The notes under the pieces are model-generated. The model was not told the DNA's origin, made no database searches, and saw nothing but the letters and a program-made list of their open reading frames with translations. A stretch of DNA of 64,000 bases from Candidatus Kaiserbacteria bacterium. GTDB taxonomy: Bacteria; Patescibacteriota; Minisyncoccia; Phycocordibacterales; UBA2100. Where the stretch lies: positions 29,287 through 93,286 of the forward strand of contig JACPLD010000004.1 of assembly GCA_016186765.1 (NCBI GenBank), given 5' to 3'. Position 1 is the stretch's first letter; each line of letters opens with the position of its first letter. A program made the translations under genes and the position numbers. Positions 10,459 through 20,012 of the stretch are shown in pieces.

Positions 10459-10475
10459 TGAGACTACAGTACTCT

Positions 10476-11591
10476 TTAGCGGAGTAATTGTAAAAGTGTC
10501 CTGATAATAAAGCGCTGTTGCCTCTCCGTTATGTCCGGAAAGAGAGGAAGCGAGAGCTCCGAGGAAGCGAACGTTTCTGCTTTTGGGCACATTCCTCTTT
10601 TGTATCCAAGCGAGCGATAGAAGGGATGGAGGTGGACCGGCACGTGGTGCACCTGCACACCGATCCCGCGCTTTCGCATCTCTGCAAATATCTTGTCGCG
10701 CTTCTTCGCAGCGCCTTTGGGAAGCCGCACCGGAAAAAGATGCCACGCGGACGTCTTAAGAAGTTCTCTCGGAGGAAGAATCAAAGGGACACCCTTGAGA
10801 AACTTGAAGTAGCGCTCGGCAGCGGCGCGGCGCTTCGCGATGAATGTATCGAGGCGACGCAGCTGTGAGCGACCGAGCGCAGCTTGGAGATCGGTAAGGC
10901 GGTAATTGAACCCTAAGAGCAGCATTTCCTGACGCCACGCGGGCCAATCCCGCTTACCTTTTTGTATGCCATGGGTGCGAAAAAGGCGAAGTGTATCGGC
11001 ATAGTCCCTGCGATTCGTGAGAATCGCGCCGCCCTCGCCTGTCGTGATGGATTTCACCGGATGAAAACTGAACGTCGTCATATCGGAGAGAGAGCCGATA
11101 CGTCTACCGTAGTAGCGTGCGCCCAGCGCTTGCGCGGCATCTTCGATGAGAATGAGCCGGTGCTTTTTTGCGAGCTTGCGAAACGCCGTGAGACTCGCAG
11201 GATTTCCGCCATAGTCAACGGGTGCAATAGCTTTCGTCCGTTTCGTTATCTTTCGCGTGACACTAATCGGATCGAGATTACCTGTTTTCTCATCTATATC
11301 GGCAAAAACCACCTTTGCGCCAACGGCTAATGCCATATTCGCCGTCGCCGAAAACGTGAGCGGCGTCGTGATAATTTCGTCACCTTTTCCGATGCCGGCT
11401 GCAACGTAGGCTGCGTGTAGCGCGGCAGTTCCACTCGCGACAGCAACCGCGTATTTTACCCCGCAGTAGCGTGCGAGGGAGCGCTCGAACTTCTCTATCT
11501 CGGGACCCTGCGTCAGGTAGTCAGATTTCAAAACTCGGATGACTGCGCTCTGATCCGCGCCTGAAATACTTTGGCGGGAATATGGGATCAT
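10476..11591 (-). CDS. pseC: UDP-4-amino-4,6-dideoxy-N-acetyl-L-altrosamine transaminase (DegT family)
   Basis: MIPYSRQSI, LTQGP, EDAAQALG, FSFHPVKSITTGEGG, GFNYRLTD; directly downstream of pseB. Confidence 0.85.
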   Translation of the reverse strand: MIPYSRQSISGADQSAVIRVLKSDYLTQGPEIEKFERSLARYCGVKYAVAVASGTAALHAAYVAAGIGKGDEIITTPLTFSATANMALAVGAKVVFADIDEKTGNLDPISVTRKITKRTKAIAPVDYGGNPASLTAFRKLAKKHRLILIEDAAQALGARYYGRRIGSLSDMTTFSFHPVKSITTGEGGAILTNRRDYADTLRLFRTHGIQKGKRDWPAWRQEMLLLGFNYRLTDLQAALGRSQLRRLDTFIAKRRAAAERYFKFLKGVPLILPPRELLKTSAWHLFPVRLPKGAAKKRDKIFAEMRKRGIGVQVHHVPVHLHPFYRSLGYKRGMCPKAETFASSELSLPLFPDITERQQRFIIRTLLQLLR

Positions 11592-12574
11592 ATGATCCGC
11601 AACTCTTTCTTGATACGTTCCCGCGGAATGAGGCGATCCGCATCGTTGCTCATGTACGAAAACCCTTTCGGCACCGACCGAAACTTAGCAAACGGACTTT
11701 TTCTCCCCCAGTCAGCAAATTCCGGCTCAACAACGAATAAATCCTCAACGAGTTTGGTGTGCAGCGCTTCGTGCTCGCTGATAAGCGTCTCGTGCAGCTT
11801 TTCGCCCGGACGGATGCCTATGATCTTAAGAGGAGAGCGGGGTGCGACAACCTTAATGAGATCGACGACGCGGGAAGAACGTATCGAGGGAACAAAGATC
11901 TCGCCGCTTTCCATAAGGCGCAGTGCATTGATGACACAATCGACGACCGATTCGATATGGATCCAGAAACGTGTCATGCGCTCGTCGGTGAGCGTAACCG
12001 TCCCACTCGGTCGCTGCTTCTCTATCAGCTCGACAATAGAACCGCGACTTCCCAAGACGTTCCCATAGCGCATGACGCTGATACGCGTGCGGCTGTGGCG
12101 GCCGCGATATGAGTTTGCGGCGATCGCGAGTCGTTCGGCGCACATTTTCGTAGCGCCGTACAAGTTGATCGGCTGCACCGCCTTGTCAGTGGAAATAAAG
12201 AGAACTTTATCGACGCCGCAATCAAATGCGGCTTCGATCACGTTGCGGGTACCGATAATGTTGGTCTCGACCGCCTCGACAGGATTGTATTCAAGGGCCG
12301 GCACCTGCTTCAGCGCTGCAGCGTGTATCACGATATCGACATGGTTGAATGCGCGATGCAAACGTTTTGGGTCGCGCACATCGCCGATGAGAAAGCGCAA
12401 TCTTGGATCGTCGAACTCCCGACGCATCTGATCCTGCTTGTACTCATCGCGGCTCAAAACAATAATTCTCGTTATGCCGGGGACTGTGCAAAGTCGCCGG
12501 ACCAAGGCCTTGCCAAATGTTCCAGTTCCGCCCGTGACAAGAATAGACTTACCCCGTAGATGCCCGCTCTTCAT
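11588..12574 (-). CDS. pseB: UDP-N-acetylglucosamine 4,6-dehydratase (inverting)
   Basis: TGGTGTFG, SRDEYKQ, AALKQVP, STDKA, NLYGATK, RYGNVLGSRGS, GIRPGEKLHE. Confidence 0.9.
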   Translation of the reverse strand: MKSGHLRGKSILVTGGTGTFGKALVRRLCTVPGITRIIVLSRDEYKQDQMRREFDDPRLRFLIGDVRDPKRLHRAFNHVDIVIHAAALKQVPALEYNPVEAVETNIIGTRNVIEAAFDCGVDKVLFISTDKAVQPINLYGATKMCAERLAIAANSYRGRHSRTRISVMRYGNVLGSRGSIVELIEKQRPSGTVTLTDERMTRFWIHIESVVDCVINALRLMESGEIFVPSIRSSRVVDLIKVVAPRSPLKIIGIRPGEKLHETLISEHEALHTKLVEDLFVVEPEFADWGRKSPFAKFRSVPKGFSYMSNDADRLIPRERIKKELRII

Positions 12575-12607
12575 TCCCCGCACGGTACCTCTTTTTCTGG
12601 AGCGCGT

Positions 12608-14047
12608 CTACGCCTTCTTGAGCGCTTGCAATTCGCCAATAAGGCGCTCGGCAATTGCATGCATACTTTCCGTCATCGGAATGTATGGACGCACGCCTTC
12701 TGTGGGCACAAGGTGGGCACGCGTGCCCGTTTTCTCGAGCGCCTTGAGAAAGGAAAGAACGTCTCGCTCCGGAACACCCGGACTGCCTTCCACGAGCGCG
12801 AACGCTTCTTTGCATTCCCCGACACTTCGCGCCATAAGAACCCCCGGACAGTCGCGATACCACGGAAAGCCGAGCACGAGAGCGTGCTTCCCGCGGACGA
12901 GCGCTTCGAGGCCAGCTGTGCCCGTAACGGTCGCGACGAGTTTTGCCCTGTCCGTCAGAGTAAACGTGTCGGTATGGATCGGTACGACGCGAACGCCGCG
13001 GATTTGCGCGAGTCGCGCGTAATATCCAGAGTAGCGGGCGCTTGAAAAGCGTGTCTTTCCCCGCAACCACCACTGCGAAGGGTGCTCCTTCACGTACAGC
13101 TGCCATCCTTCGGGGAGCGCCGCGGCAAGAAGCTCGGCGGCGAGGATCTGGTCGTGAAAGATGCCGCCCTGCGGGCTCGTCGTACGTTCCGGTTGGAAGT
13201 TGAGAGGAAAATAGACATACGGCTGCGAAAGACCTACCTTTTGCACGATCGCTTCGTACTCATTGCGCAAATTTGCGCGCATCGATCGCGCAAGGAGACC
13301 GAATGCCCGCGAGAAGATGAGATGCGGGGCCCGAAACACGATGCGTGCGCGATGCATCCAGAGTCCGGACCCTGTGCCGATCGCTCGCTGCCTCTGCATA
13401 TACCATGGACTCTTCGGGCCTCGCGGATCTTTTTGATGCTCATAGTATTCACGAAGTTCCGGGTCAAGATCGGCAGGCGTAAGCGCGCGCCCTTCCATCT
13501 CGCGGATCGCTTCGCGAATCTCATCGCTCCCGTGCCAGAAATCCTTATAGAACATCAAGCGCCCCCCGACCCACGTCTCTTCGAACATCAGGGTTGCTAG
13601 ACCTCGGTTTTTTGTGAGGTCGTAGACGATGTTGGTGTAGATGCTATGTGGCACGGTGTTGTATATAACGACATCTGGTTTCGTGCGAGTAAGCACGTAG
13701 TCCCAGTATGCGAGCATCGTGTAGTAGATGTGCTTTCGCTCGTCGACAGGTGCGCGGTCGTAGCGCTTGTTCATCATCGTGAGAATCAGCGACTCCGTCT
13801 CAAACATTGATTCGATGAGGGTAGGATCGGCAGGCAGAATCTCCGCATCTTTAAGTGCTTCGGCACGCACGGCATCCCACGCATCGTAGTGGTCGTGAAA
13901 GATCGAACCTCTCGTATTGAGATGCTCGATCGCCCGCTCGCCGACCCAGTATACGATCTCGTGTCCCGCATTCTGCAGCTCATCGAGGAGAATCTTCACC
14001 TCGGCATCATTCGACGGCCACATCAGCATCACCCGCATACTGATCAT
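12608..14047 (-). CDS. Capsule-synthesis (KpsS-like) protein, putative pseudaminyl/nonulosonyl transferase
   Basis: YVYFPLNFQPERTT, LYVKEHPSQ, VATVTGTAGLEALVRGK; upstream of pseB. Confidence 0.7.
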   Translation of the reverse strand: MISMRVMLMWPSNDAEVKILLDELQNAGHEIVYWVGERAIEHLNTRGSIFHDHYDAWDAVRAEALKDAEILPADPTLIESMFETESLILTMMNKRYDRAPVDERKHIYYTMLAYWDYVLTRTKPDVVIYNTVPHSIYTNIVYDLTKNRGLATLMFEETWVGGRLMFYKDFWHGSDEIREAIREMEGRALTPADLDPELREYYEHQKDPRGPKSPWYMQRQRAIGTGSGLWMHRARIVFRAPHLIFSRAFGLLARSMRANLRNEYEAIVQKVGLSQPYVYFPLNFQPERTTSPQGGIFHDQILAAELLAAALPEGWQLYVKEHPSQWWLRGKTRFSSARYSGYYARLAQIRGVRVVPIHTDTFTLTDRAKLVATVTGTAGLEALVRGKHALVLGFPWYRDCPGVLMARSVGECKEAFALVEGSPGVPERDVLSFLKALEKTGTRAHLVPTEGVRPYIPMTESMHAIAERLIGELQALKKA

Positions 14048-15846
14048 TGGTTGATGGTGGAGACTTTGTAGAAATACGAACTCGTGTCTGCGAGGAGCTT
14101 TTTCGGCGTACCCTCTTCCACGAGTTCCCCATCGGAGAGCACAATAAGAGAATCGGAGCCCATGATCGTCGAGAGACGGTGCGCGATCGCGACGATGGTA
14201 ATGCGCCCCTTCAGCTCCTCGATGACCTTCTTGATGTGCGCCTCTGATTCATTATCCAGAGCACTCGTCGCCTCATCGAGGATGAGGAGCTGTGGCTTTC
14301 TGGCGAGCGCGCGGGCTATCACGATGCGCTGGCGCTCGCCGGCACTCAGTTGTATCCCGCGCTCTCCGACGAGCGTATCGAGACCTTCCGGACTTTCCTT
14401 GATGAATCCGTCGATGTGCGCCATGCGAGCAGCCTCCCACACTTCTTCGTCAGTGATCGAATCGTCGTAGAAGCGGATGTTGTTGCGGATCGTATCGTGG
14501 AGAAGAAACAGATCCTGCGAAACATACGCGACGTTCTCCCGCCATGCCGACAGCGAAATCTCACGACAATCCACTCCATCAAGCTTGATCGCGCCAGAGC
14601 TTGGCTCAAGCAGTCGCAGGATAAGATCGACCATCGTGGTTTTGCCCGCGCCGGAAGGACCGACAATGCCCACCATCGAGCCTTTCCGTATCGTGAAAGA
14701 GATTTTTTTAAGGACCTCCCGTCCCGGCAGGTACTCAAACGAAACCTTGTCGAACTCGAGCGAGTTGTTGAAAACAAAAGGCTGCTCCCCCGAGGCAGGC
14801 GGCACACCCCCCGCCGCATCACTCTCGTAGTGAATGACGCGCTCGAGGTGTGGCGCGAGCTCCGAGATGTATTGCACGTTGTTCTGCAGCTGCTGCACGT
14901 AGGTGAAAATGCGGTAGATGAGGTAGAGGATTGCTGGAAGCGCGGCAAATGAAATAAACGAGGTCTTGAACGCAAGCGCTAAGATGCCAGCAATGTAGAT
15001 CACACCAATGGGCGCCACGAGCTGTGTCGCGGTCGCTTGGAACATGGCGATTCGCATGGTGAGCGCCTTGATGTGCTCGAAGAGGCTGTTGCCGAGCCCG
15101 ATCGCGGAGAGCTCAACACCATATGCCTTCACACTCTTGAGGCCGCCTACGTGCTCGGTGACATGGTGCATCGTGTCGCGGAAACTTTCAGCGCGCGTGC
15201 GCGAGATGCCGTGCACGCGATCGATGAGCGAGCGGAGCGACACGAATACCAAGGCGCCGAGGAGGAGCGTCGAGAGCGTCACGAGGGGGGAAATGGAGAA
15301 GGCAACAGCGAGGTACATCAGGAGCCCAGTCAGGAGCGTAATGGTGAAGCTAAGCTTCGCGAGGAGTGAGGTTGCAGCTGGCGCGTCTATCATAAGAAGC
15401 GTTTCGAGGTTCCCGAGTTTCTGGCGAAGGAGGTAGGGCCACGAAGCATTCAGCACCATCGAAAAAAGTTTTGCGCGCGTGGCGCGCTCGTACTCGTTGG
15501 TGATGCGGATCTGTATGTAGCTTATCCAAAGCGACATTAGGGCTTTCCCGATGAAGAGAAGAACAATGAAGGCAAGAAGGTAGCGTGGGACGAACGGCAC
15601 GTGCGCAAAGGTGAAGAGCGCTTGTATCATCTGCGAGAGCATGTCTGTCGCAGGGCTCTGAAGCCCGAGCGCGAATGTAAGGAGTGGGATCACCGCATTG
15701 ATGCCGATACCCTCTAGAATGCCACCTACGAATCCAAGCCCCGTGAGCGCGAGGATCTGAAGGCGGTACGGCGCGTAAGCTCTCCTTGCAAGGCGCACGA
15801 CAGAGAGGAGCTGGCGGTAGATGCGGAATGTATCTATGCCGTCCAT
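14044..15846 (-). CDS. ABC exporter, fused permease/ATPase (PglK/MsbA-like, possible glycan flippase)
   Basis: N-terminal TM helices; GPSGAGKT, LSAGERQR, ILDEATSALD, IAHRLST. Confidence 0.9.
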   Translation of the reverse strand: MDGIDTFRIYRQLLSVVRLARRAYAPYRLQILALTGLGFVGGILEGIGINAVIPLLTFALGLQSPATDMLSQMIQALFTFAHVPFVPRYLLAFIVLLFIGKALMSLWISYIQIRITNEYERATRAKLFSMVLNASWPYLLRQKLGNLETLLMIDAPAATSLLAKLSFTITLLTGLLMYLAVAFSISPLVTLSTLLLGALVFVSLRSLIDRVHGISRTRAESFRDTMHHVTEHVGGLKSVKAYGVELSAIGLGNSLFEHIKALTMRIAMFQATATQLVAPIGVIYIAGILALAFKTSFISFAALPAILYLIYRIFTYVQQLQNNVQYISELAPHLERVIHYESDAAGGVPPASGEQPFVFNNSLEFDKVSFEYLPGREVLKKISFTIRKGSMVGIVGPSGAGKTTMVDLILRLLEPSSGAIKLDGVDCREISLSAWRENVAYVSQDLFLLHDTIRNNIRFYDDSITDEEVWEAARMAHIDGFIKESPEGLDTLVGERGIQLSAGERQRIVIARALARKPQLLILDEATSALDNESEAHIKKVIEELKGRITIVAIAHRLSTIMGSDSLIVLSDGELVEEGTPKKLLADTSSYFYKVSTINQ

Positions 15847-15860
15847 GTTTGTTTACGCTA

Positions 15861-16415
15861 TCACACTACCGCTCTCGCGAGTATGAGCTCTACAGCTTCC
15901 GGAAGATCAGCGGTGAGGTGCGTTGGCGGAGGCTGCGGATCCGATATCGAAGTCCCTGCGCCGACGAGGATCGTTTGCGCTCCTGCGGCAGCTCCTGCGG
16001 CAATATCGCTTTCTTTGTCGCCGACGATGAAGCTACTCGCAATATCGATATCATGCTCTCGCGCTGCCTGGAGGAGCATTCCCGGCTTTGGCTTTCGGCA
16101 CTCGCACTCCATCGCGTACTCCGGCACTTTGCCCTCCGGAAGATGCGGGCAGTAGTACCAGCCGTCCACACGCGCACCTTCAGCGCGAAGCTGCGCATCA
16201 AGTTCTGCGTTGAACGCTCTCGTATCGCTCTCCGTATGGAAACCTCGCGCGATGCCGGACTGATTCGAAACAACAATGACAATCATTCCAGCTTCGTTCA
16301 ACCGTTTGATGGCGGGAGCAACCCCCGGCAAAAGCTTCGCAACCTTCGGATCACTCGCATACGCTGTATCCTCATTGAGGACACCGTCGCGATCGACAAA
16401 AACTGCAGGTCTCAT
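15861..16415 (-). CDS. gmhB: D,D-heptose 1,7-bisphosphate phosphatase
   Basis: FVDRDGVLN, SNQSGIARG, YCPHLP, CECRKPKPGM, VGDKESD; ATGA overlap with gmhA. Confidence 0.9.
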   Translation of the reverse strand: MRPAVFVDRDGVLNEDTAYASDPKVAKLLPGVAPAIKRLNEAGMIVIVVSNQSGIARGFHTESDTRAFNAELDAQLRAEGARVDGWYYCPHLPEGKVPEYAMECECRKPKPGMLLQAAREHDIDIASSFIVGDKESDIAAGAAAGAQTILVGAGTSISDPQPPPTHLTADLPEAVELILARAVV

Positions 16416-16990
16416 GTATGGAACTTCCTCTCTAGAAATTCGCACCATGCGTGAAAGGTGAGCTCGTGCATCTCTTGAATGCGCGCCGTCTCGCCCGAAG
16501 GGATGACGATGCACACATCGGTGCTCGCGCGAAGCGCTTTTCCCTTCTCGCCCGTAAGTACTATGACGCGCATCTTTTTTTTACGCGCTACGCGGATCGC
16601 AGCAAGCACATTCTTCGAACGGCCACTCGTGGTTAGCGCGACGAGAACATCGCCGACTCTCCCGAGCGCTTCCACCTGCCTCGCGAATACGTATTCAAAA
16701 TCCCAGTCATTCGCTATCGCCGTGAGCGCCGAGGAATCCACCGTGAGCGCGATCGCGGGAAGCGCCTTTCTTTTTTTCGCAAATCTGCCGACGAGTTCTG
16801 CTGCGAAGTGCTGACTGTCGGCTGCCGAGCCACCGTTTCCGCACACAAGCACTTTCCTTTTGGCTTTGAGTGCGGCAAACAAGAGTGCGCCGCCGTGTTC
16901 GACATCGGGCAAGGTCTGCTGCATACTTTTCTCCACGACCTCTCTATGTCGCTCAAAAACAGCAGTAAAAAGCACCTGTTTCCCCGCCAT
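16412..16990 (-). CDS. gmhA: D-sedoheptulose 7-phosphate isomerase
   Basis: CGNGGSAADSQHFAAEL, TAIAND, FARQVEALG, TSGRSKNV, TARIQEMH. Confidence 0.93.
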   Translation of the reverse strand: MAGKQVLFTAVFERHREVVEKSMQQTLPDVEHGGALLFAALKAKRKVLVCGNGGSAADSQHFAAELVGRFAKKRKALPAIALTVDSSALTAIANDWDFEYVFARQVEALGRVGDVLVALTTSGRSKNVLAAIRVARKKKMRVIVLTGEKGKALRASTDVCIVIPSGETARIQEMHELTFHAWCEFLERKFHT

Positions 16991-17512
16991 GCTGGGCAGA
17001 CTACCCCAAAAAGGCCCTCTGCGAAAGGAGTCGCAACGCTTGCAGAAATCGCCCGATTCGTGCGAGCGGTGAGAGCTCGCGGCAAAAAAATCGTCACGAC
17101 GAACGGCTGCTTCGACCTCCTGCACGTGGGCCACATCCGCTACCTCGAATGGGCGAAGCGACATGGCGACGTGCTCATCGTTGGTGTGAACTCCGACACC
17201 TCGGTGCGCCGCCTTAAAGGACCTACACGACCGGTCACTCCGCAGAAAGAACGTGCAGAGATCGTCGCTTCCCTTCGCGCCGTCGACGCCGCTTTCATAT
17301 TCAACGAGTCAACACCAAAGAAGTGGCTCGCAAAACTTAAACCCGACGTACATGTCAAAGGCGCCGATCGTTCGATGAACGAAATCATCGAACGAGACGT
17401 CGTCGAAAAATACGGCGGCTGCGTCCTCCTCGCCCCCCACATCAAAGGCCGTTCTACGACCTCGCTTCTTAAACGCATTAAGAAGCAGTGGTTTCCTAAA
17501 GGTGCAATTTGA
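16946..17512 (+). CDS. Heptose-1-phosphate adenylyltransferase (stand-alone HldE/RfaE domain II); start uncertain (ATG 16946 or GTG 17060)
   Basis: TNGCFDLLHVGH, GVNSDTSVRRLKGPTRP, KPDVHVKGAD, STT. Confidence 0.85.
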   Translation: MSLKNSSKKHLFPRHAGQTTPKRPSAKGVATLAEIARFVRAVRARGKKIVTTNGCFDLLHVGHIRYLEWAKRHGDVLIVGVNSDTSVRRLKGPTRPVTPQKERAEIVASLRAVDAAFIFNESTPKKWLAKLKPDVHVKGADRSMNEIIERDVVEKYGGCVLLAPHIKGRSTTSLLKRIKKQWFPKGAI

Positions 17513-17584
17513 CAGCAGGGTCTGGGTGAAGCGCGCTCTCAAGTTGAACTTGCGCGGAAACATTGCGGGGGTACGCTTACGTTC

Positions 17585-18181
17585 ATGAAAGTTAATTCTG
17601 GCCTCCTTAGTGCTTTATCTATAATCACAGTTGCCGTCATAGTCAGTTTTTCATTGGTTTCTTTCACAGAAGCGAATCGCTCGACTGAGGGCCGAACTCT
17701 TGCCCGCGCCATGTGCACAAATGAAATGTTCTGTGAGAGATTGGTCTTTAAGCAGGCCTCATCAACGCGCAGAACAGTCACTGTTTCTTGTCCATCGGCT
17801 GTTGGTCGAGCACCCGGATTTGATACGTCGGATGGATTCCTCCACGTCGGAGATTATTACATCCAATCTTCTACCAACGAATACGTCGCGTACGTGGACG
17901 CTTCGACAGCTGCAACGTCGACGATTGAGAATCCGGTATGCATTGGCCCGCACATGGTCATGAGCGAGAAGGAGCCGGTCGGCATGAGAAAAGTTAATGT
18001 GATTGGGACAGCGTTCTGGCAGATATGTTCACTCAACGGATCTGAAATCTACGTTCAGATCTCTGCTGCAGAATGGGAGGCGCTAAGTCATGGATTTCCA
18101 GATTTGACCATTGACCCCAATCGGCCGACGAGCTGCCAGTATTCGCCCGTGATCCAAAATAATTTCCCGCGTAGAAGGTAA
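17585..18181 (+). CDS. Hypothetical exported/membrane-anchored protein
   Basis: N-terminal hydrophobic helix, six Cys, TACGCT 7 nt before ATG; no family recognised. Confidence 0.6.
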   Translation: MKVNSGLLSALSIITVAVIVSFSLVSFTEANRSTEGRTLARAMCTNEMFCERLVFKQASSTRRTVTVSCPSAVGRAPGFDTSDGFLHVGDYYIQSSTNEYVAYVDASTAATSTIENPVCIGPHMVMSEKEPVGMRKVNVIGTAFWQICSLNGSEIYVQISAAEWEALSHGFPDLTIDPNRPTSCQYSPVIQNNFPRRR

Positions 18182-18214
18182 TAGGAGATTGGAGAGGAAG
18201 CCGATGATTCTGAT

Positions 18215-18246
18215 AAAAAAGAGGGCGGTGGAATGACCCACCGCCC
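18215..18246 (-). terminator. Intrinsic terminator after the NUDIX gene
   Basis: GGGCGGTGG/CCACCGCCC stem followed on the minus strand by TCTTTTTT. Confidence 0.75.
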
Positions 18247-18271
18247 CAGACATTCGTTCGTGTTCCGCGGA

Positions 18272-18979
18272 TTACCTTAGAGCAGCCCATCCGCCGTGGA
18301 GCGCGAGACCGAGCTGGAACACCATGCCGAGAGCAAGCAGCTCGATCACCACGCCCTGCCGTCCCTGCTCGAAGAGATACTGCTCGACGTCCAAGAGCGG
18401 GCCGAACCAGCAAAGCTCCGGGATAATCCCTTCGCGACGCGGCGGCCGGGCCGGCTTGCGCACGAGCGCGAGGCGCGTTGTGTACAGCTCGGCATTCGTG
18501 CCCGCGTCGTGGGCTGCGGGAAACGTGACGAGAGGCGCTGTTTGGACAATATCGTGTTCACCATCCAGGCCATATTCCTCGACCAGCTCGCGCATCGCAG
18601 TCACCAGGGTGTCCTCGGTGCCTTCCGATACACCGCCCGGAAATTCGAGCTGGTAGTTGCCTTTCAGCTCGATGGGATACTCGAAATACGTAACTGGCCG
18701 ATCGGCTGCGAGCACCAGCGTCGAGAAGTTATTGAGACCAGTGCGACGCAGTGTCTCCAAGAACGACAGCAGGGTATTGGTCGGCTCCTCCTCCTGGACG
18801 AGGGTCACCCCCTCGTTTAGGCAGACAACCATCATCTTTGCTGCCATCAGGTTGCTCTTGTTTTCGTTGTGAGCAACCATTTCCCGCGGCCCGACGGCGG
18901 TTGGAACCACGTAAAGACTGTTGAAGAACCCGCGATGCAGACACTTCATCTGCTGCTCGCGTGAAAGAACGGTCCTCAT
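18272..18979 (-). CDS. NUDIX hydrolase
   Basis: LEFPGG...AMRELVEEYGL Nudix box; strong SD AAAGGAGGT before ATG. Confidence 0.8.
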   Translation of the reverse strand: MRTVLSREQQMKCLHRGFFNSLYVVPTAVGPREMVAHNENKSNLMAAKMMVVCLNEGVTLVQEEEPTNTLLSFLETLRRTGLNNFSTLVLAADRPVTYFEYPIELKGNYQLEFPGGVSEGTEDTLVTAMRELVEEYGLDGEHDIVQTAPLVTFPAAHDAGTNAELYTTRLALVRKPARPPRREGIIPELCWFGPLLDVEQYLFEQGRQGVVIELLALGMVFQLGLALHGGWAALR

Positions 18980-19026
18980 CGCAACACCTCCTTTCATTTC
19001 ATTGGTGCATTTATTGAGGAACCGGC

Positions 19027-19055
19027 AAAATACCACACGAGCACAGCTATGTCAA
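19027..19055 (-). promoter_or_regulatory. Sigma70 promoter of the NUDIX gene
   Basis: TTGACA-17 nt-TATTTT with TG extended -10. Confidence 0.7.
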
Positions 19056-19073
19056 TAATTTAACACCTTGGAC

Positions 19074-19102
19074 AAAAAGAAAGGAGGCCATTTGTGGCCT
19101 CC
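19074..19102 (-). terminator. Intrinsic terminator after the inositol monophosphatase-family gene
   Basis: GGAGGCCA/TGGCCTCC stem followed on the minus strand by TTTCTTTTT. Confidence 0.75.
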
Positions 19103-19142
19103 CAGGGTTACGTTCGCGGCAAGTTTTTGAAGAACTCCTCGC

Positions 19143-19961
19143 TCACTTGATCGCTGCCCTGACACGGGCCGCCGCGTCCGCCGACTCGGCGAAGAGAAGC
19201 GGCGGCATCTCGAGCTTATGCCATGGGATTGACGAGCCGTTGAGACACTCGGCCACTCCGCCACACTCCTCGATAAAGAGAGAGCCGGCGGCTGGATCCC
19301 AGTGCTTTGCAATCGAAGCAGTGAACCACATCCATGTGAGGCCGAGCATCAGCTCGACACCCGAGAACACTGAAGGCTCATTGCGTGGATAACCGAACTC
19401 GATGATGAGTTTGCGCGCCATCGGCCAGTACCGCCGACTCCGCGCCATGCTTCGGGGCAGGTCGAGGCCGATCATGGGCGCATGAGAGCGAGTCCGCTGG
19501 AAAGAAAGCCAGCATGTTTCGCGCTGTTGCATCATGATGCCCTCACCTCGCTCAGCGACGAAACATCGGCCGAAGCCTGGCTGCGAGACGATCGCAAACC
19601 GCGGTCCCCCACCCTCGAAGTAGCACACCGAGGTGCTCCAGTCGGGGAGCCCTGCCGCAAACAGCGTCGTGCCGTCGAGCGGGTCGATTGAGAAGAGTCC
19701 GGTCTGTATGGCACTACCCAAGTCGATGTCGGGCGTCCCACCTTCTTCTTCGGAGAGAATCGGAATGCGCTTGTCGAAGCCTTTCAGGGCATCGACGAGC
19801 GCAGCTTCGATCTCAGTGTCAGCGAGCGTCACCGGCGAATGGTCGACCTTACGTCTGATGCCGATGTCGCTCCGGCATTGTAGTACCTGGCCTCTACACG
19901 AAGCCTCATGGACTTTTTGACCCAGGTTTAGTAGCTCTTTCCTGACCACGGGAACCTCCAT
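19143..19961 (-). CDS. Inositol monophosphatase/CysQ family phosphatase
   Basis: SPVTLAD, LSEE, IDPLDGT, WDPAAG. Confidence 0.85.
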   Translation of the reverse strand: MEVPVVRKELLNLGQKVHEASCRGQVLQCRSDIGIRRKVDHSPVTLADTEIEAALVDALKGFDKRIPILSEEEGGTPDIDLGSAIQTGLFSIDPLDGTTLFAAGLPDWSTSVCYFEGGGPRFAIVSQPGFGRCFVAERGEGIMMQQRETCWLSFQRTRSHAPMIGLDLPRSMARSRRYWPMARKLIIEFGYPRNEPSVFSGVELMLGLTWMWFTASIAKHWDPAAGSLFIEECGGVAECLNGSSIPWHKLEMPPLLFAESADAAARVRAAIK

Positions 19962-19983
19962 TCGGTTGGTTGAGCCAGGCGCC

Positions 19984-20012
19984 ACCTTACCTCATTTTCC
20001 TTGTACTGTCAA
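19984..20012 (-). promoter_or_regulatory. Sigma70 promoter of the IMPase-family gene
   Basis: TTGACA-17 nt-TAAGGT. Confidence 0.65.

Noticed and set aside
17549-17577. Fourth copy of the GGGGTA palindromic repeat
   Set aside because: Only GCGGGGGTA plus a -10 box matches; no palindrome or GACGCAAGCT core
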